Assembly: GCA_031411295.1 (NCBI GenBank)
Contig: JANOAV010000008.1
Coordinates: 1-63,827 of the forward strand
Origin: Verrucomicrobiales bacterium
GTDB taxonomy: Bacteria; Verrucomicrobiota; Verrucomicrobiia; Verrucomicrobiales; V1-33
Direction of reading: 5' to 3'
DNA length: 63,827 nucleotides
Shown here: positions 30,228-40,508 of the stretch, piece after piece
Position numbering within the stretch: the stretch's first letter is position 1
How the letters are laid out: each line of letters opens with the position of its first letter
Program-made: the position numbers and the translations under genes
Notes under the pieces: generated by a model
Databases searched by the model: none
Seen by the model: the letters and a program-made list of their open reading frames with translations, nothing else
Told to the model about the DNA's origin: nothing

Positions 30228-32243
30228 ATGCGTCACCTTTTCGTTTTCCTTTCCCTCTTAGCAGGATCTTGCTCTCAACTATCCGCCGATTCAAAACCGA
30301 ATGTTTTCCTAATTCTGGCCGATGATTTAGGTTGGAGCGATCTCGGTTGCTATGGGGGAGAGATTGCCACGCCCAACCTGGACGGCTTGGCCAAGGACGG
30401 ATTGCAGTTTCACCAGTTTTACAACTCAGCTCGCTGCTCCCCTTCTCGCGCTGCCATTCTAACTGGCTTGCATCCACATCAGGCTGGCTTCCCTAATTTG
30501 AGTGGAACCTTGTCGTCCCATGCTGCCACGATCCCGGAGGTGCTGCAACCGCAGGGCTACCGATGCACCATGGTGGGTAAATGGCATTTGAATGAGAAGC
30601 ATCCGCCCACCGAACGTGGGTTCGATGAATTCTACGGCATGCTCGGCGGCTTCAATTCCTGCTGGCAGGAGGATCCATTTTACACGCGATGGCCTGTAGG
30701 GCGGATGAAGCGCGTTTACGAGCAAGGCAAATTTTATGCCACCGATGTCTTCGCTGATTACGCCATCGATTTTATAGGCGACGGAAAGTCCGGCAACCCA
30801 TGGTTTCAATATCTGGCCTTCAACGCGCCGCATTTCCCGCTGCATGCTCCAGAGTCAGCCATCGCGAAGTATGAATCGCTCTATTTCCAGAAAGGCTGGG
30901 ATGTGATTCGAACAGAGCGTTTAGAACGGCAACATAAGTTAGGATTGCTCCCTTCAGGTGTAAAACTCACGCCTCGGGCAGTCGAGCCTGCGAACAAGTT
31001 CAACGGCCAGACGGGTTGGGCGGACAAGGAAATTCCCGCCTGGGAATCCTTGCCAGAAGATCGGCGGCATGATCTGGCTCGTCGCATGGCCGTGTATGCC
31101 GCTATGGTTGATCTCATGGATCAAGCCATTGGGCGCGTGCTGGCGCATTTGAAAACCACCGGCCATTTCGAGAACACCCTGATCTTTTTCCTCAGCGATA
31201 ACGGAGCCTGCGCGGAATGGGATCCCTATGGCTTCGACAAAAAGAGTGGGCCACAAAACATGCTGCATGTGGGCGAGGATCTGAAATCTGTCGGCGGCCC
31301 TGACAGCTACATCAGCTACGGCAGCGGATGGGCCAATGCCTGCAACACGCCCTGGAGGCTCTTCAAACATTACAACCACGAAGGTGGCGTGCGCACCCCA
31401 TGCATCGTGCATTGGCCTGCCGGAATGAAGACCAAAGGACGGACTCCTGGCCCGGGTTATATCACGGACTTCATGCCAACCATTTGCGCAGTGACCGGAG
31501 CCACTTATCCCCTGGAACGCGCAGGCCAGGCCATTCTGCCGCAGGAAGGCATCAGTCTGGTGCCCGCCATGAATGGTGAGCCATTGGCAAAACGAAATAT
31601 CTACATTGAGCACGAAGGCAATCGCAGTGTGCGCGATGGCGATTGGAAACTGGTGTCCATCGAAGGCAAGCCCTGGGAACTCTATAACCTGGCGGTGGAT
31701 CCCACTGAAATGAACGACCTCCAAAACCAAGAACCGCAGCGCACCAGAGCGATGTCGGATGCTTGGACCGCTTGGGCGGACCGCTGCATGGTCACCACCA
31801 AGGCCAAGGCGGAAAAGCCCACCGCAGCCTTAGCTATCCCGCAAATCGCGCAGCGCCTGCTCACGATCCAATGCGACGTAAGCACTGATGCCAAACAAGG
31901 TGTGATTCTGGCCCACGGAGGAAATCAGAATGGCTATGCCTTACACTTGAAAGATGGCCACGTGATTTACACCGTCCGCATCAACGGCATCGCGACGGCC
32001 ATTACCGCTCCCTCCACCATCTCTGGGAAATTCGCGGTCAAAGCCACCTTGGGGGCTGGAGGCGAAATGGCGCTGAGCATCAACGAACAAATCGTCACGA
32101 GCGGCAAAGCAGCAGGTCTTATCCCCCAGCAACCAATCGACGACCTCAGCATTGGCGAAGACACGAAGACCGCGGTGGGCGACTACGAATCCCCAAACAA
32201 ACTGAAAGGGACGGTCTCTAATGTGAGGATCGGCAGTCCGTGA
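30228..32243 (+). CDS. Arylsulfatase with an extra C-terminal LamG-like domain
   Basis: ADDLG, CSPSR, GKWHL, SDNG; ~140 aa beta-rich tail (GVILAHGG...LSIGED). Confidence 0.92.
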   Translation: MRHLFVFLSLLAGSCSQLSADSKPNVFLILADDLGWSDLGCYGGEIATPNLDGLAKDGLQFHQFYNSARCSPSRAAILTGLHPHQAGFPNLSGTLSSHAATIPEVLQPQGYRCTMVGKWHLNEKHPPTERGFDEFYGMLGGFNSCWQEDPFYTRWPVGRMKRVYEQGKFYATDVFADYAIDFIGDGKSGNPWFQYLAFNAPHFPLHAPESAIAKYESLYFQKGWDVIRTERLERQHKLGLLPSGVKLTPRAVEPANKFNGQTGWADKEIPAWESLPEDRRHDLARRMAVYAAMVDLMDQAIGRVLAHLKTTGHFENTLIFFLSDNGACAEWDPYGFDKKSGPQNMLHVGEDLKSVGGPDSYISYGSGWANACNTPWRLFKHYNHEGGVRTPCIVHWPAGMKTKGRTPGPGYITDFMPTICAVTGATYPLERAGQAILPQEGISLVPAMNGEPLAKRNIYIEHEGNRSVRDGDWKLVSIEGKPWELYNLAVDPTEMNDLQNQEPQRTRAMSDAWTAWADRCMVTTKAKAEKPTAALAIPQIAQRLLTIQCDVSTDAKQGVILAHGGNQNGYALHLKDGHVIYTVRINGIATAITAPSTISGKFAVKATLGAGGEMALSINEQIVTSGKAAGLIPQQPIDDLSIGEDTKTAVGDYESPNKLKGTVSNVRIGSP

Positions 32244-32259
32244 ACTCTGGAGATCTCCC

Positions 32260-33333
32260 TCAACGCCACTTTTCCAGAACCTTTTCCACAGCGGGAAGGA
32301 TCATCTCCCGAGCCGTAGCCCGCTCAGTGCCTTGCATGAGCAGTTGATCGTAGTTCGTATGGAGGTGACGGATATGAGCGATCACGGCCAGGGTGATCGC
32401 GCGTGCTTCCAGGCCCTGTCCGGCGGCGGAGCGCCCGACCCGACCGCTGCCTCGTTCGGCGGCGTGTGCGGCAATTTCCTTGGCTACAGGGCCAGGACAA
32501 TTCGGAAACAATTTTTGGATGGCGGTCGTGAGTTCTTTGACAAACTTCACATCCACGACCACCCGATAGGACGCAGCCACTTTGCGACGTGCTGCGCGTT
32601 CGTCCGCGTCAGCAATGCATTCGTCCTCAGCTCTGACCAGAGCTTCACGGGACACGAGCAGCCCCTGACGTTCATAGCGTTTACGCGAACGATTGAACTT
32701 GGTCACCACGGCGGAGAGGGGGCTGTATTTCTTGGCCCTGCGCGTCATCGCGACATCTCCTGCTGGTAGAAACACCAAGTGATCCATGTCCGCGCACTCA
32801 AGGCAGATCGGTTGGGTTGCCTCCAACACAAAGCATTCGCCACGCAACATTTCATAGCTGCATTCGGTGCAGACGGTTGATTCCGAGACTCCGATGAACG
32901 CGACGAGGTCATCCACTTTGGCCAACTTCTGCTCCAACTTCGCCTGCTGTTTCTCCGAAAGATCCGCCCGGGCATAATGAGTGCGGAACGTCGCAGCGAT
33001 CCCCGGATTCTCATCCTGCGTAAACTTCAAGGGCACCTTTCCGGCAAGGCTCCGGCGGGCATACTCCGCCTCCACCTGGACCAAGCCAAGGGCGCGCGCC
33101 CAGGCATGAAAATGTTCCTGCACTTGCGTCAACTTTTCAGGTCCGCATTGGATGTGCTCCACAATCGCAGCGTAGGCTGGATTGGCGCGTCGCCACTCAT
33201 CCACATGCCCCCAGTGCACCATGCGCATTTCCACGAGCAATTCCAGCAATCCCACCGTGCCGTTGCGTTTGAGCACCGCTGACGCAGCCGTGAGGACACG
33301 CTCTTGCAATTTTGAAGGATTTGGTGAGAGCAC
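32260..33333 (-). CDS. DUF2293 domain protein
   Basis: CxxC pairs; C-terminal SGRVGRS...AVIAHIRHLHTNYDQLL; start estimated (GTG 33333) to avoid overlapping the upstream gene. Confidence 0.75.
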   Translation of the reverse strand: MLSPNPSKLQERVLTAASAVLKRNGTVGLLELLVEMRMVHWGHVDEWRRANPAYAAIVEHIQCGPEKLTQVQEHFHAWARALGLVQVEAEYARRSLAGKVPLKFTQDENPGIAATFRTHYARADLSEKQQAKLEQKLAKVDDLVAFIGVSESTVCTECSYEMLRGECFVLEATQPICLECADMDHLVFLPAGDVAMTRRAKKYSPLSAVVTKFNRSRKRYERQGLLVSREALVRAEDECIADADERAARRKVAASYRVVVDVKFVKELTTAIQKLFPNCPGPVAKEIAAHAAERGSGRVGRSAAGQGLEARAITLAVIAHIRHLHTNYDQLLMQGTERATAREMILPAVEKVLEKWR

Positions 33334-33376
33334 AGGTGAATCAGGTCTGGGTCTTTCAAATGCAAACTTGGAGCTA

Positions 33377-34360
33377 TCAGCCAGCTTCGGCCAGGCACCC
33401 CGGGCAATTCTGAGCCCAATGGTGAGGCGAAACCTCCACCAGCTCCGGCCGAGAGGATTGCACACATTGGCCTCGCAAATTGGATGGTCGGCGGGGGCTG
33501 AAGGCACAACCGGGAATCTCTTTACTCAGATCCGGGGGCATGCCGCCGATAGTGTAGAGCGTGGTTCCTTTCGCCTGCAGAGCCGGAATACTCCTGAGCA
33601 AAGCCCGGGTGTAAGCATGGCGCGGATGCCGCAGCAACTCCTTGGTAGTGGCTGCTTCCACGATGCGTCCGCCATACATCACATAGACGAAATCACACAC
33701 TTCCGCCACCACCCCAAGATCGTGAGTGATGAATATGACAGCCGTGCCGGAATCGCGCTGGCGTTGTTTCATGAGGTCCAGCACTTCCTTCTGCACGGTT
33801 ACGTCCAAGGCCGTGGTGGGCTCGTCTGCGATCAATAATTCCGGCCGGGTGATCATCGCCATGGCAATCATGACGCGCTGGCGCATGCCGCCGGAAAACT
33901 CATGCGGATACGATTGGATGCGTTTTTCCGGTTCCCGAATTCCCACTAGACTAAGCGCTTCGATGGCTTCTGCGAGGGCGTCCCGGGACGATTTCCCTTC
34001 ATGGATCTGCAAAGGTTCGATGAGTTGCTGGCTGACGCGCATCCATGGGTTGAGCGAAGTCATGGGGTCCTGGAAAATCATGCTGATACGTTTTCCCCGA
34101 ACTTGCTGGAGTTCGCGTTCCGATAACGTCAGGAGATCGGTCCCAGCAAAGTTGGCGGTGCCTTGTGTAATGCGACCCGGTGGTTGGGGAATCAAGCCCA
34201 GCAGCGAGTAGCAACTGACGGACTTCCCCGAGCCGGATTCTCCCACGATGCCGATGGTCTGGCCCTTGTCCACTTGGAAGGAAACGCCATCCGCTGCCCG
34301 GACCACCCCGTTACGGGTGTGGAACGAGACGTGAAGATTATCGACTTGGAGGAGCGGCAT
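33377..34360 (-). CDS. Oligopeptide/dipeptide ABC transporter ATP-binding protein (OppD/DppD-like)
   Basis: GESGSGKS, FSGGMRQR, DEPTTALD, HxYT, Cys-rich C-terminus. Confidence 0.95.
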   Translation of the reverse strand: MPLLQVDNLHVSFHTRNGVVRAADGVSFQVDKGQTIGIVGESGSGKSVSCYSLLGLIPQPPGRITQGTANFAGTDLLTLSERELQQVRGKRISMIFQDPMTSLNPWMRVSQQLIEPLQIHEGKSSRDALAEAIEALSLVGIREPEKRIQSYPHEFSGGMRQRVMIAMAMITRPELLIADEPTTALDVTVQKEVLDLMKQRQRDSGTAVIFITHDLGVVAEVCDFVYVMYGGRIVEAATTKELLRHPRHAYTRALLRSIPALQAKGTTLYTIGGMPPDLSKEIPGCAFSPRRPSNLRGQCVQSSRPELVEVSPHHWAQNCPGCLAEAG

Positions 34361-34364
34361 GATG

Positions 34365-35747
34365 CTAATTTCCAGTGGGCTCGTTGCGATAGAGCGGCTG
34401 CGGCACGCTCTTGGGCCCTTCTAAACGTCCCGACTTGATATCCTCGATAACTTGCGTAATGGCTTCGGCCCGGTTCCCCGGATCGGGGTGAGTGCTCATG
34501 AATTCGGGTTGGCGCTGACCGCCCATTTCTGCTTTGAGGATTTCCATGACATGGATCAGCCCTTCAGGGTTGTAGCCCGCATACACCATAAACTGAGTGC
34601 CCAATTTGTCCGCCTGCGATTCGTCATCGCGACCGTATTTCATGCTGAGAATTCCAGCCACCATCTGAGCGGTCTGCGCAGAGTTGGACTGCCCATCAGA
34701 TGTGGCGGTGGCCCCGGCCATCACCACTCCGTTGATCAACTTCTGCTTCGCCATTTGTTTGGCCGAGTGCCGGGCAATGACATGGCCGATTTCGTGTCCC
34801 AGCACGCCCGCCACTTCATCCTCCGTTTTCAGCTTCTTGAACAGCCCATAGGTGAAGAAAATTTGGCCTCCAGGCAGCGCAAAGGCGTTAACTGTCTGTT
34901 CGTCCGCCAGTAGATGGAAATCCCATCGGTATTGGGCGAACGTTTGCTCCCAATCACCTTTCATATTCGCCTTCACCAACTTCGCCCCAACCTCGTCCAC
35001 GTAGCGTTGCAGCTTTTGATCACGATGCTCTCCCTTGCCTTCAGCAATCATGCCGGGAGCCGCCTGCATCCCCATTTGAATGTCGTCCTCAACAGCACCA
35101 ACCACCCGAACGGATTCGTCGGTTACAGGATTATTGTCCTTAGGCTGCATTAGATACATCAGCACCGCCCCGCCGGCCATGAGCAGGAACATGAGCACCC
35201 TCGGGTTACCTAGCAACATGCCGAGCAGTCCACCACCCCCACCAGATCTCCCACCACCTTGAGAAATCACGCCGCTCTGACGGGGATCCTCCTGCGCTGA
35301 ACCTTGATTTCCACCGCCCAAAATTCCTCCGAGAATGCCCCCCAAGCCCCCTCCGGCCTGATCCGGTTGCGACTCCTCCTCTTGCGGCAAGCGTCGCCCG
35401 TGCTGTTGCTGGGGCCGCTGCCGATAGCGCGGATCCTGATAACGCGGATCTTCCTCCGTCTCCTCTGATTGCGGCGGTTGCCCGCCGCCTCCCAAAATTT
35501 GTCCCAGAATACCGCCGAGGCCACCAGCCCCTTGTTCTTCTTCCTGCGGCTGCGGCACCCGATGCCCATGCTGCCGTTGCTGGTAGCGTGGATCCTCCTC
35601 CGGCTCCTCGGCCCGAGATTGCTGGCCACCGCCGCCCAGAATTTGTCCAAGAATATCTCCGAGTCCGCCCCCTAACGCGTTGACTGGGGGCTCGTTGGCA
35701 TCTGGCTGGTTCGGCTGGTGGTGGGGATTATTGGGGTCGTGGCTCAT
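34365..35747 (-). CDS. M48 family zinc metallopeptidase with a repetitive N-terminal extension
   Basis: NAFALPGG, HEIGH, YGRDDESQAD, STHP; TM helix; Gly/Gln repeats. Confidence 0.92.
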   Translation of the reverse strand: MSHDPNNPHHQPNQPDANEPPVNALGGGLGDILGQILGGGGQQSRAEEPEEDPRYQQRQHGHRVPQPQEEEQGAGGLGGILGQILGGGGQPPQSEETEEDPRYQDPRYRQRPQQQHGRRLPQEEESQPDQAGGGLGGILGGILGGGNQGSAQEDPRQSGVISQGGGRSGGGGGLLGMLLGNPRVLMFLLMAGGAVLMYLMQPKDNNPVTDESVRVVGAVEDDIQMGMQAAPGMIAEGKGEHRDQKLQRYVDEVGAKLVKANMKGDWEQTFAQYRWDFHLLADEQTVNAFALPGGQIFFTYGLFKKLKTEDEVAGVLGHEIGHVIARHSAKQMAKQKLINGVVMAGATATSDGQSNSAQTAQMVAGILSMKYGRDDESQADKLGTQFMVYAGYNPEGLIHVMEILKAEMGGQRQPEFMSTHPDPGNRAEAITQVIEDIKSGRLEGPKSVPQPLYRNEPTGN

Positions 35748-35833
35748 GGGTTGATTATAAAAAGCACTTTCTCAATTGAAAAGCACAATTCCGGGTTGCC
35801 AGCGTGGAAATTTCGCTGTCCTTCCTCTCAAAT

Positions 35834-36619
35834 ATGACACGCTTTCGCCCCTGTATCGACCTTCACGACGGTAAAGTAAAACAAATCGTCGGCGGATCGC
35901 TTCGCGATGATGGGCAGGGCTTGCAGACTAATTTCGAAGCAACCCAACCCGCTGAGTGGTTTGCCCAAAAGTATTGCCACGATCAATTACGCGGCGGCCA
36001 CGTCATCCAGTTAGGTCCGGGCAATGAGGCGGCAGCCCGGGCTGCGTTGGGGGCCTATCCTGGCGGCCTGCAGATAGGCGGAGGCATCACTGCGGACAAT
36101 GCTCTGGGCTGGCTGGAGGCCGGAGCATCGCACGTAATCGTCACCAGTTGGTTATTCTCCGCCGATGGTAAATTTCTGCCCGATCGTCTCGCGGAACTGG
36201 TGCAACTCATGGGTCCAGACAAGCTGGTGATCGACCTCAGTTGCCGCCGCCATGGCACCGAGCCGACTTGGAGTGTCTATATGAACCGCTGGCAACAGCG
36301 CACTAATTTACCAGTGAATGAGGCCACCCTGGAAACGTTGTCCAGCTCCTGCGCAGAGTTCCTGATTCATGCCACCGATGTCGAAGGCAAACGCGCCGGG
36401 ATGGATGAAGTGCTCATTTCCGCGCTGGCAGATTGGTCACCCGTGCCAGTGACCTACGCCGGCGGAGCGGCCAGCCTAGCCGATCTGGCCCGCACGCAGG
36501 CACTAAGCCGAGGCAGAGTGGATCTCACCATTGGCAGCGCGCTGGATATTTTTGGAGGTTCACTGCCCTACCAAGATTGCGTGCAATGGAATCTTGCAGC
36601 CGCCGCCGCTTCAGCTTAG
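35834..36619 (+). CDS. hisA: ProFAR isomerase, eukaryote-like His6 type
   Basis: MTRFRPCIDLHDGKVKQIVG, DLSCR, HATDVEG, TIGSALDIFGG. Confidence 0.9.
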   Translation: MTRFRPCIDLHDGKVKQIVGGSLRDDGQGLQTNFEATQPAEWFAQKYCHDQLRGGHVIQLGPGNEAAARAALGAYPGGLQIGGGITADNALGWLEAGASHVIVTSWLFSADGKFLPDRLAELVQLMGPDKLVIDLSCRRHGTEPTWSVYMNRWQQRTNLPVNEATLETLSSSCAEFLIHATDVEGKRAGMDEVLISALADWSPVPVTYAGGAASLADLARTQALSRGRVDLTIGSALDIFGGSLPYQDCVQWNLAAAAASA

Positions 36620-36646
36620 AGTCCGACCAACCCCGCATCCTTCATC

Positions 36647-37333
36647 ATGAAATATCTCCTCTCGCTCTTTATGTCAGTTCCTCTGCTGGCGCTGGCTGGC
36701 ATTGAATTCGAACAAACCACTGTAAAAACGACCAGCAAGTTAGGGGACGAGACCGCTGACTTCATCTTCAAATTCAAAGTTACCGGAGATAAGAATGTTC
36801 GCATTACGGAACTGGAGGTCTCCTGCGGTTGCCTCGAAGCCACCGCCGACAAGGCAGAATACGCCCCGGGCGATCATGGACAAGTCAAAGTGGTCATGGC
36901 CCTTGGCTCCATCGAAGGTGAGATGGTCAAATATACCACCGTGGCCACCAATGATCCCAAAAACCCCAGCATTCAGTTGGATTGCTCCATCAACGTGCCC
37001 AAGATTTATGATTTCCAGCCCATGACTACCTCCTGGGAAATGGGGGAAGCACCCACTGCCAAGGAAGTGAAGATCACCGTGCTGGGCGAAGACCCGGTGA
37101 ACATCCTGAAATATGCCTCCACTCGTCCTAACATCCAAGCAGAAATGACCGTCGTGAAGCCAGGTCGGGAGTATGTCGTGAAGCTCACCCCCAAGAGCAC
37201 TGAATCTCCTGAACTCGGCCTCATCACGTTCGAGACTGATTGCAAAATCGCCAAGTATACCAAACGACAGATCTTCTTCACGATCAATCGCAAACGCACC
37301 CCGCCCCCTCCCCCGACACCCGTGAAGCCTTAG
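36647..37333 (+). CDS. DUF1573 Ig-like secreted protein
   Basis: Signal peptide, SCGC motif, TNDP. Confidence 0.85.
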   Translation: MKYLLSLFMSVPLLALAGIEFEQTTVKTTSKLGDETADFIFKFKVTGDKNVRITELEVSCGCLEATADKAEYAPGDHGQVKVVMALGSIEGEMVKYTTVATNDPKNPSIQLDCSINVPKIYDFQPMTTSWEMGEAPTAKEVKITVLGEDPVNILKYASTRPNIQAEMTVVKPGREYVVKLTPKSTESPELGLITFETDCKIAKYTKRQIFFTINRKRTPPPPPTPVKP

Positions 37334-37349
37334 GTTCCCTTATCTTTCC

Positions 37350-37643
37350 ATGAGAAAACGAAGCCTCGTCAATTCCCTGCTGATCCTGTCGCTGATCGCC
37401 AATTTTGTGATCATCGGGCTTTATCTGAAGTATCGCCCCAAGCCTGCTGCGGCTGAGATGAAACCTGCAGGCGCGTTCATCGAAACGTCCGCCACCTCCA
37501 AAACCGGGCCCAAAATCATGATTGATAGCGGAGGTTTCGACTTCTCCGACACCAAACTTTCCGACGAAGCCTGGAAAATACCCGCGCCCGACACCTCCCC
37601 ACCCCCGGCCCCGGATGCGCCATTGAATGTGGAGATCAAGTAA
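37350..37643 (+). CDS. Small membrane-anchored hypothetical protein
   Basis: N-terminal TM helix; co-oriented with the upstream gene. Confidence 0.55.
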   Translation: MRKRSLVNSLLILSLIANFVIIGLYLKYRPKPAAAEMKPAGAFIETSATSKTGPKIMIDSGGFDFSDTKLSDEAWKIPAPDTSPPPAPDAPLNVEIK

Positions 37644-37667
37644 GCAGAGACTTGTCAACTCATCAAC

Positions 37668-38387
37668 TCAAGCCAGCATTTGCTCCACCCAGGCTGGCAC
37701 GGTGGTTCCGGCTGGGCCAAGTCGCGCTTCGTGAAAGTCACCCGAAACATCGCTGGCTTCCAAGTTGAATTCCAAGCAGTGCGCCCCCGCACGCCGAGCT
37801 TGGCGCACGAATCCCGCGGCAGGATAGACTTTACCTGAGGTGCCAATGGAAACAAATAACTGCGTGAGTTCCAGCCGAACGGTGATCTGCTCCATATAGA
37901 GCGGCATTTCTCCGAACCAGACAATATCCGGCCGCAGCCATCCCGCCCGGGCACATTTCAAGCACTTGCTGGATGGCCCCAAGTCCTCATCCCATTCCAT
38001 CACCCCTTCGCAGCGCAGGCAGCGGGCCTTGAGCAGTTCTCCATGCATGTGCCATACCTCTGGGCTGCCGCCACGCTCATGAAGGTTGTCCACGTTCTGG
38101 GTCACCAAGGTCACGGTGCCATGCTTCCACGTCTGCTGCAGCCGCGCGATGGCTTCGTGGGCCGGGTTCGGCTGCACTGTGGGGAGTTGCGCCCGACGCA
38201 GATTGTAAAATTTCTGCACCAATTCAGGATCGCGTTCAAACCCCTCAGGCGAGGCCACATCCTCCACCCGATGTCCTTCCCACAAGCCATCAGAGCCACG
38301 AAAGGTTGCCAGACCAGACTCTGCAGAAATGCCTGCGCCGGTTAAAATGACAATATTACTTATGGATGCGTTTGGAGAATCGGACAT
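37668..38387 (-). CDS. cobB: NAD-dependent protein deacylase (sirtuin)
   Basis: GAGISAESG, TQNVD, HG, CxxC pairs, RPDIVWFGE, GTSG. Confidence 0.95.
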   Translation of the reverse strand: MSDSPNASISNIVILTGAGISAESGLATFRGSDGLWEGHRVEDVASPEGFERDPELVQKFYNLRRAQLPTVQPNPAHEAIARLQQTWKHGTVTLVTQNVDNLHERGGSPEVWHMHGELLKARCLRCEGVMEWDEDLGPSSKCLKCARAGWLRPDIVWFGEMPLYMEQITVRLELTQLFVSIGTSGKVYPAAGFVRQARRAGAHCLEFNLEASDVSGDFHEARLGPAGTTVPAWVEQMLA

Positions 38388-38431
38388 GCCAATCCTCTAG
38401 CCCAGCGCAGACAGAATTCAAGCCCCGTCCG

Positions 38432-39427
38432 TCACAAGGCTAAGTTAGGATCCACATCGGTGGTGAGTGGAGAACTCTCTCCCCGCTGCCACCGCAGGGC
38501 GCCCACGAAGGCAATCATCGCTGCGTTGTCGGTCGTGTGTTTTGCTTCCGCCAAATGCAGCTTAAATCCAGCTTTCGCGCAGGCCACAGTGAACGCCGCG
38601 CGCAGTCGCTGATTGCAACTCACCCCACCACTAACGCTGATTTCCCGAACCCGCACTTCCCTGGCCGCTCGCAACGTCTTCGCCACCAGCACCTCCACGA
38701 TGGCTTCTTGAAATGAAGCGCAGAGGTCTGGCAAATGATCAGCCAGCTGCCCCTCCAGCTTCGGCAGCAAATAGAGCAGACTCGTTTTCAGCCCACTGAA
38801 GCTGAATGTCGCATCGCCACTATGCAACATGCTACGGGGAAAAGGATACGCCGCTGGATTCCCCTGTTCTGCCAACCGATCAATCTGCGGGCCGCCTGGA
38901 TAAGGCAACCCCAGCATTTTCGCAGCCTTGTCGAATGCCTCACCTGCCGCGTCGTCCCGCGTCCGGCCCAGCACCCCATAATCCCCCACCCCACGCAGAT
39001 GAATCACCATGGTGTGCCCGCCGCTAACAATCAACGCAATCCCCGGAGTCACGCTGCCAGCATCGCCAATAAAGGGCGAGAGCAAGTGACCTTCCAAATG
39101 ATTAATCGCCAGGAAAGGCTTGCCGCACGCTAGGGCCAGGGCCTTGGCCGTGGTGTTTCCCATCAGCAGAGAACTAACCAGTCCCGGTCCCGCCGTGGCG
39201 GCAAAGGCTTGCATGTCGGATAGTTTTAAGCCCGCATGAGTCAGCGCAGCCTGCACCAGCGGCTCGACATGGAGGATATGATTCCGCGATGCCAACTCCG
39301 GCACCACTCCTCCGTAGGGCCGATGCAGTTCGATCTGCGACGAAATCTCGCTCGCCAGCACGCGCCCCTGCCCATCGCAGATGGCCACGGCAGTTTCGTC
39401 ACAACTTGTCTCTAACGCTAAAATCAT
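38432..39427 (-). CDS. tsaD: tRNA N6-threonylcarbamoyladenosine transferase TsaD
   Basis: ETSCDET, GGVVPELASR, NHLEGH, SGGHT, DNAAMI. Confidence 0.97.
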   Translation of the reverse strand: MILALETSCDETAVAICDGQGRVLASEISSQIELHRPYGGVVPELASRNHILHVEPLVQAALTHAGLKLSDMQAFAATAGPGLVSSLLMGNTTAKALALACGKPFLAINHLEGHLLSPFIGDAGSVTPGIALIVSGGHTMVIHLRGVGDYGVLGRTRDDAAGEAFDKAAKMLGLPYPGGPQIDRLAEQGNPAAYPFPRSMLHSGDATFSFSGLKTSLLYLLPKLEGQLADHLPDLCASFQEAIVEVLVAKTLRAAREVRVREISVSGGVSCNQRLRAAFTVACAKAGFKLHLAEAKHTTDNAAMIAFVGALRWQRGESSPLTTDVDPNLAL

Positions 39428-39491
39428 CCCCTCACCATTACCAGATGAGCGGACAAATCAATCTCGAAGAGCAGATGGGCACGCACCTGCA

Positions 39492-40427
39492 TTACGGACG
39501 CACCACCTGATTCAACGCCGCAATTTCCTTATCCTTCGCTTCAATCAACGGATCGAATTGGGGGATTTCCACCCCGTTATTCCCCTGCTCATGCTTGCGG
39601 GAGCCGAAGAGGTAAATTTCGTTCTGCGGACGATGGCGGTTGAACCAGAGTTCGTTCTTGGCGATCACCAATGCACGGAGTTTCTCAGAAGGTTTCTGAT
39701 CTGACTTTGGCGAGGCAACCAACGCACGCGCCACAATGGGCGCAATGGCATTGTAACCAGCTTCCGTGTAGTGAAGGCCGTCATTGGTAAGCCTTGGTCG
39801 AACCGCACCAGCAACAAATCCTGCCAACTCAGCATTTAGATCGATGAAATTCAACTTCCTCTCCTCTGACAGCTTTTGCACCGCTTTGCCCACCGCACGA
39901 AGCTGCTCATTCCTAACCTTCATCAACTGCTCGTGCAGATTACTCGGTGGGAGCTTAGCGATCGCAAAAAGCTCCCCCTTGGCCCCTTCGGCTGGAGGCG
40001 GGGAAATGAGCACCACCTGCTTCGCCCCACCCTGCCTAATTAGATCGATTAGCTTGCCGTAGTCTGCGATGAAATTTCCCAGTGCCGCCTCACCATCCGC
40101 TGCCACGGCACTGCCATAGCAACAGAAAACCACCGTGGGCTTCACCAACTCCAGATTAGCCTTCAGCCGCTGCTGTCCCTCCGCCGGTGGGCCGAAGTAG
40201 CTGCGGGCTTGTTCATTTGGGGTATTGCCACTCCATGCCAGATTGCGGAAACGCAGGGTTTTGCCGGGATTGTTCGCCAGGATGGTGGACTCGATGTAGC
40301 CATAGGTCCCTTCGCGTTCCATGAAGGTATCCCCAAGGAATACCACCGCATCCCCCTCAGACAGCGCCACAGGGACGGCTAGGGTGGTGTTTGCAGCAAC
40401 AAGGAAGAATAGGAGCAAGCGGATCAT
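39492..40427 (-). CDS. SGNH/GDSL-like secreted hydrolase
   Basis: Signal peptide, VFLGDT block I, DGLH block V. Confidence 0.8.
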   Translation of the reverse strand: MIRLLLFFLVAANTTLAVPVALSEGDAVVFLGDTFMEREGTYGYIESTILANNPGKTLRFRNLAWSGNTPNEQARSYFGPPAEGQQRLKANLELVKPTVVFCCYGSAVAADGEAALGNFIADYGKLIDLIRQGGAKQVVLISPPPAEGAKGELFAIAKLPPSNLHEQLMKVRNEQLRAVGKAVQKLSEERKLNFIDLNAELAGFVAGAVRPRLTNDGLHYTEAGYNAIAPIVARALVASPKSDQKPSEKLRALVIAKNELWFNRHRPQNEIYLFGSRKHEQGNNGVEIPQFDPLIEAKDKEIAALNQVVRP

Positions 40428-40508
40428 GTTCCAATCTGTAGCCACCATTTGCGGAGACGCAACGAGAGGCATTGACAACCCGTATCTGCGTTGAAAGATG
40501 CGGACTTC

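Noticed and set aside
33334..33507. Long N-terminal extension of the DUF2293 ORF
   Set aside because: It overlaps the conserved Cys-rich end of the ABC ATPase gene; a later start is more plausible
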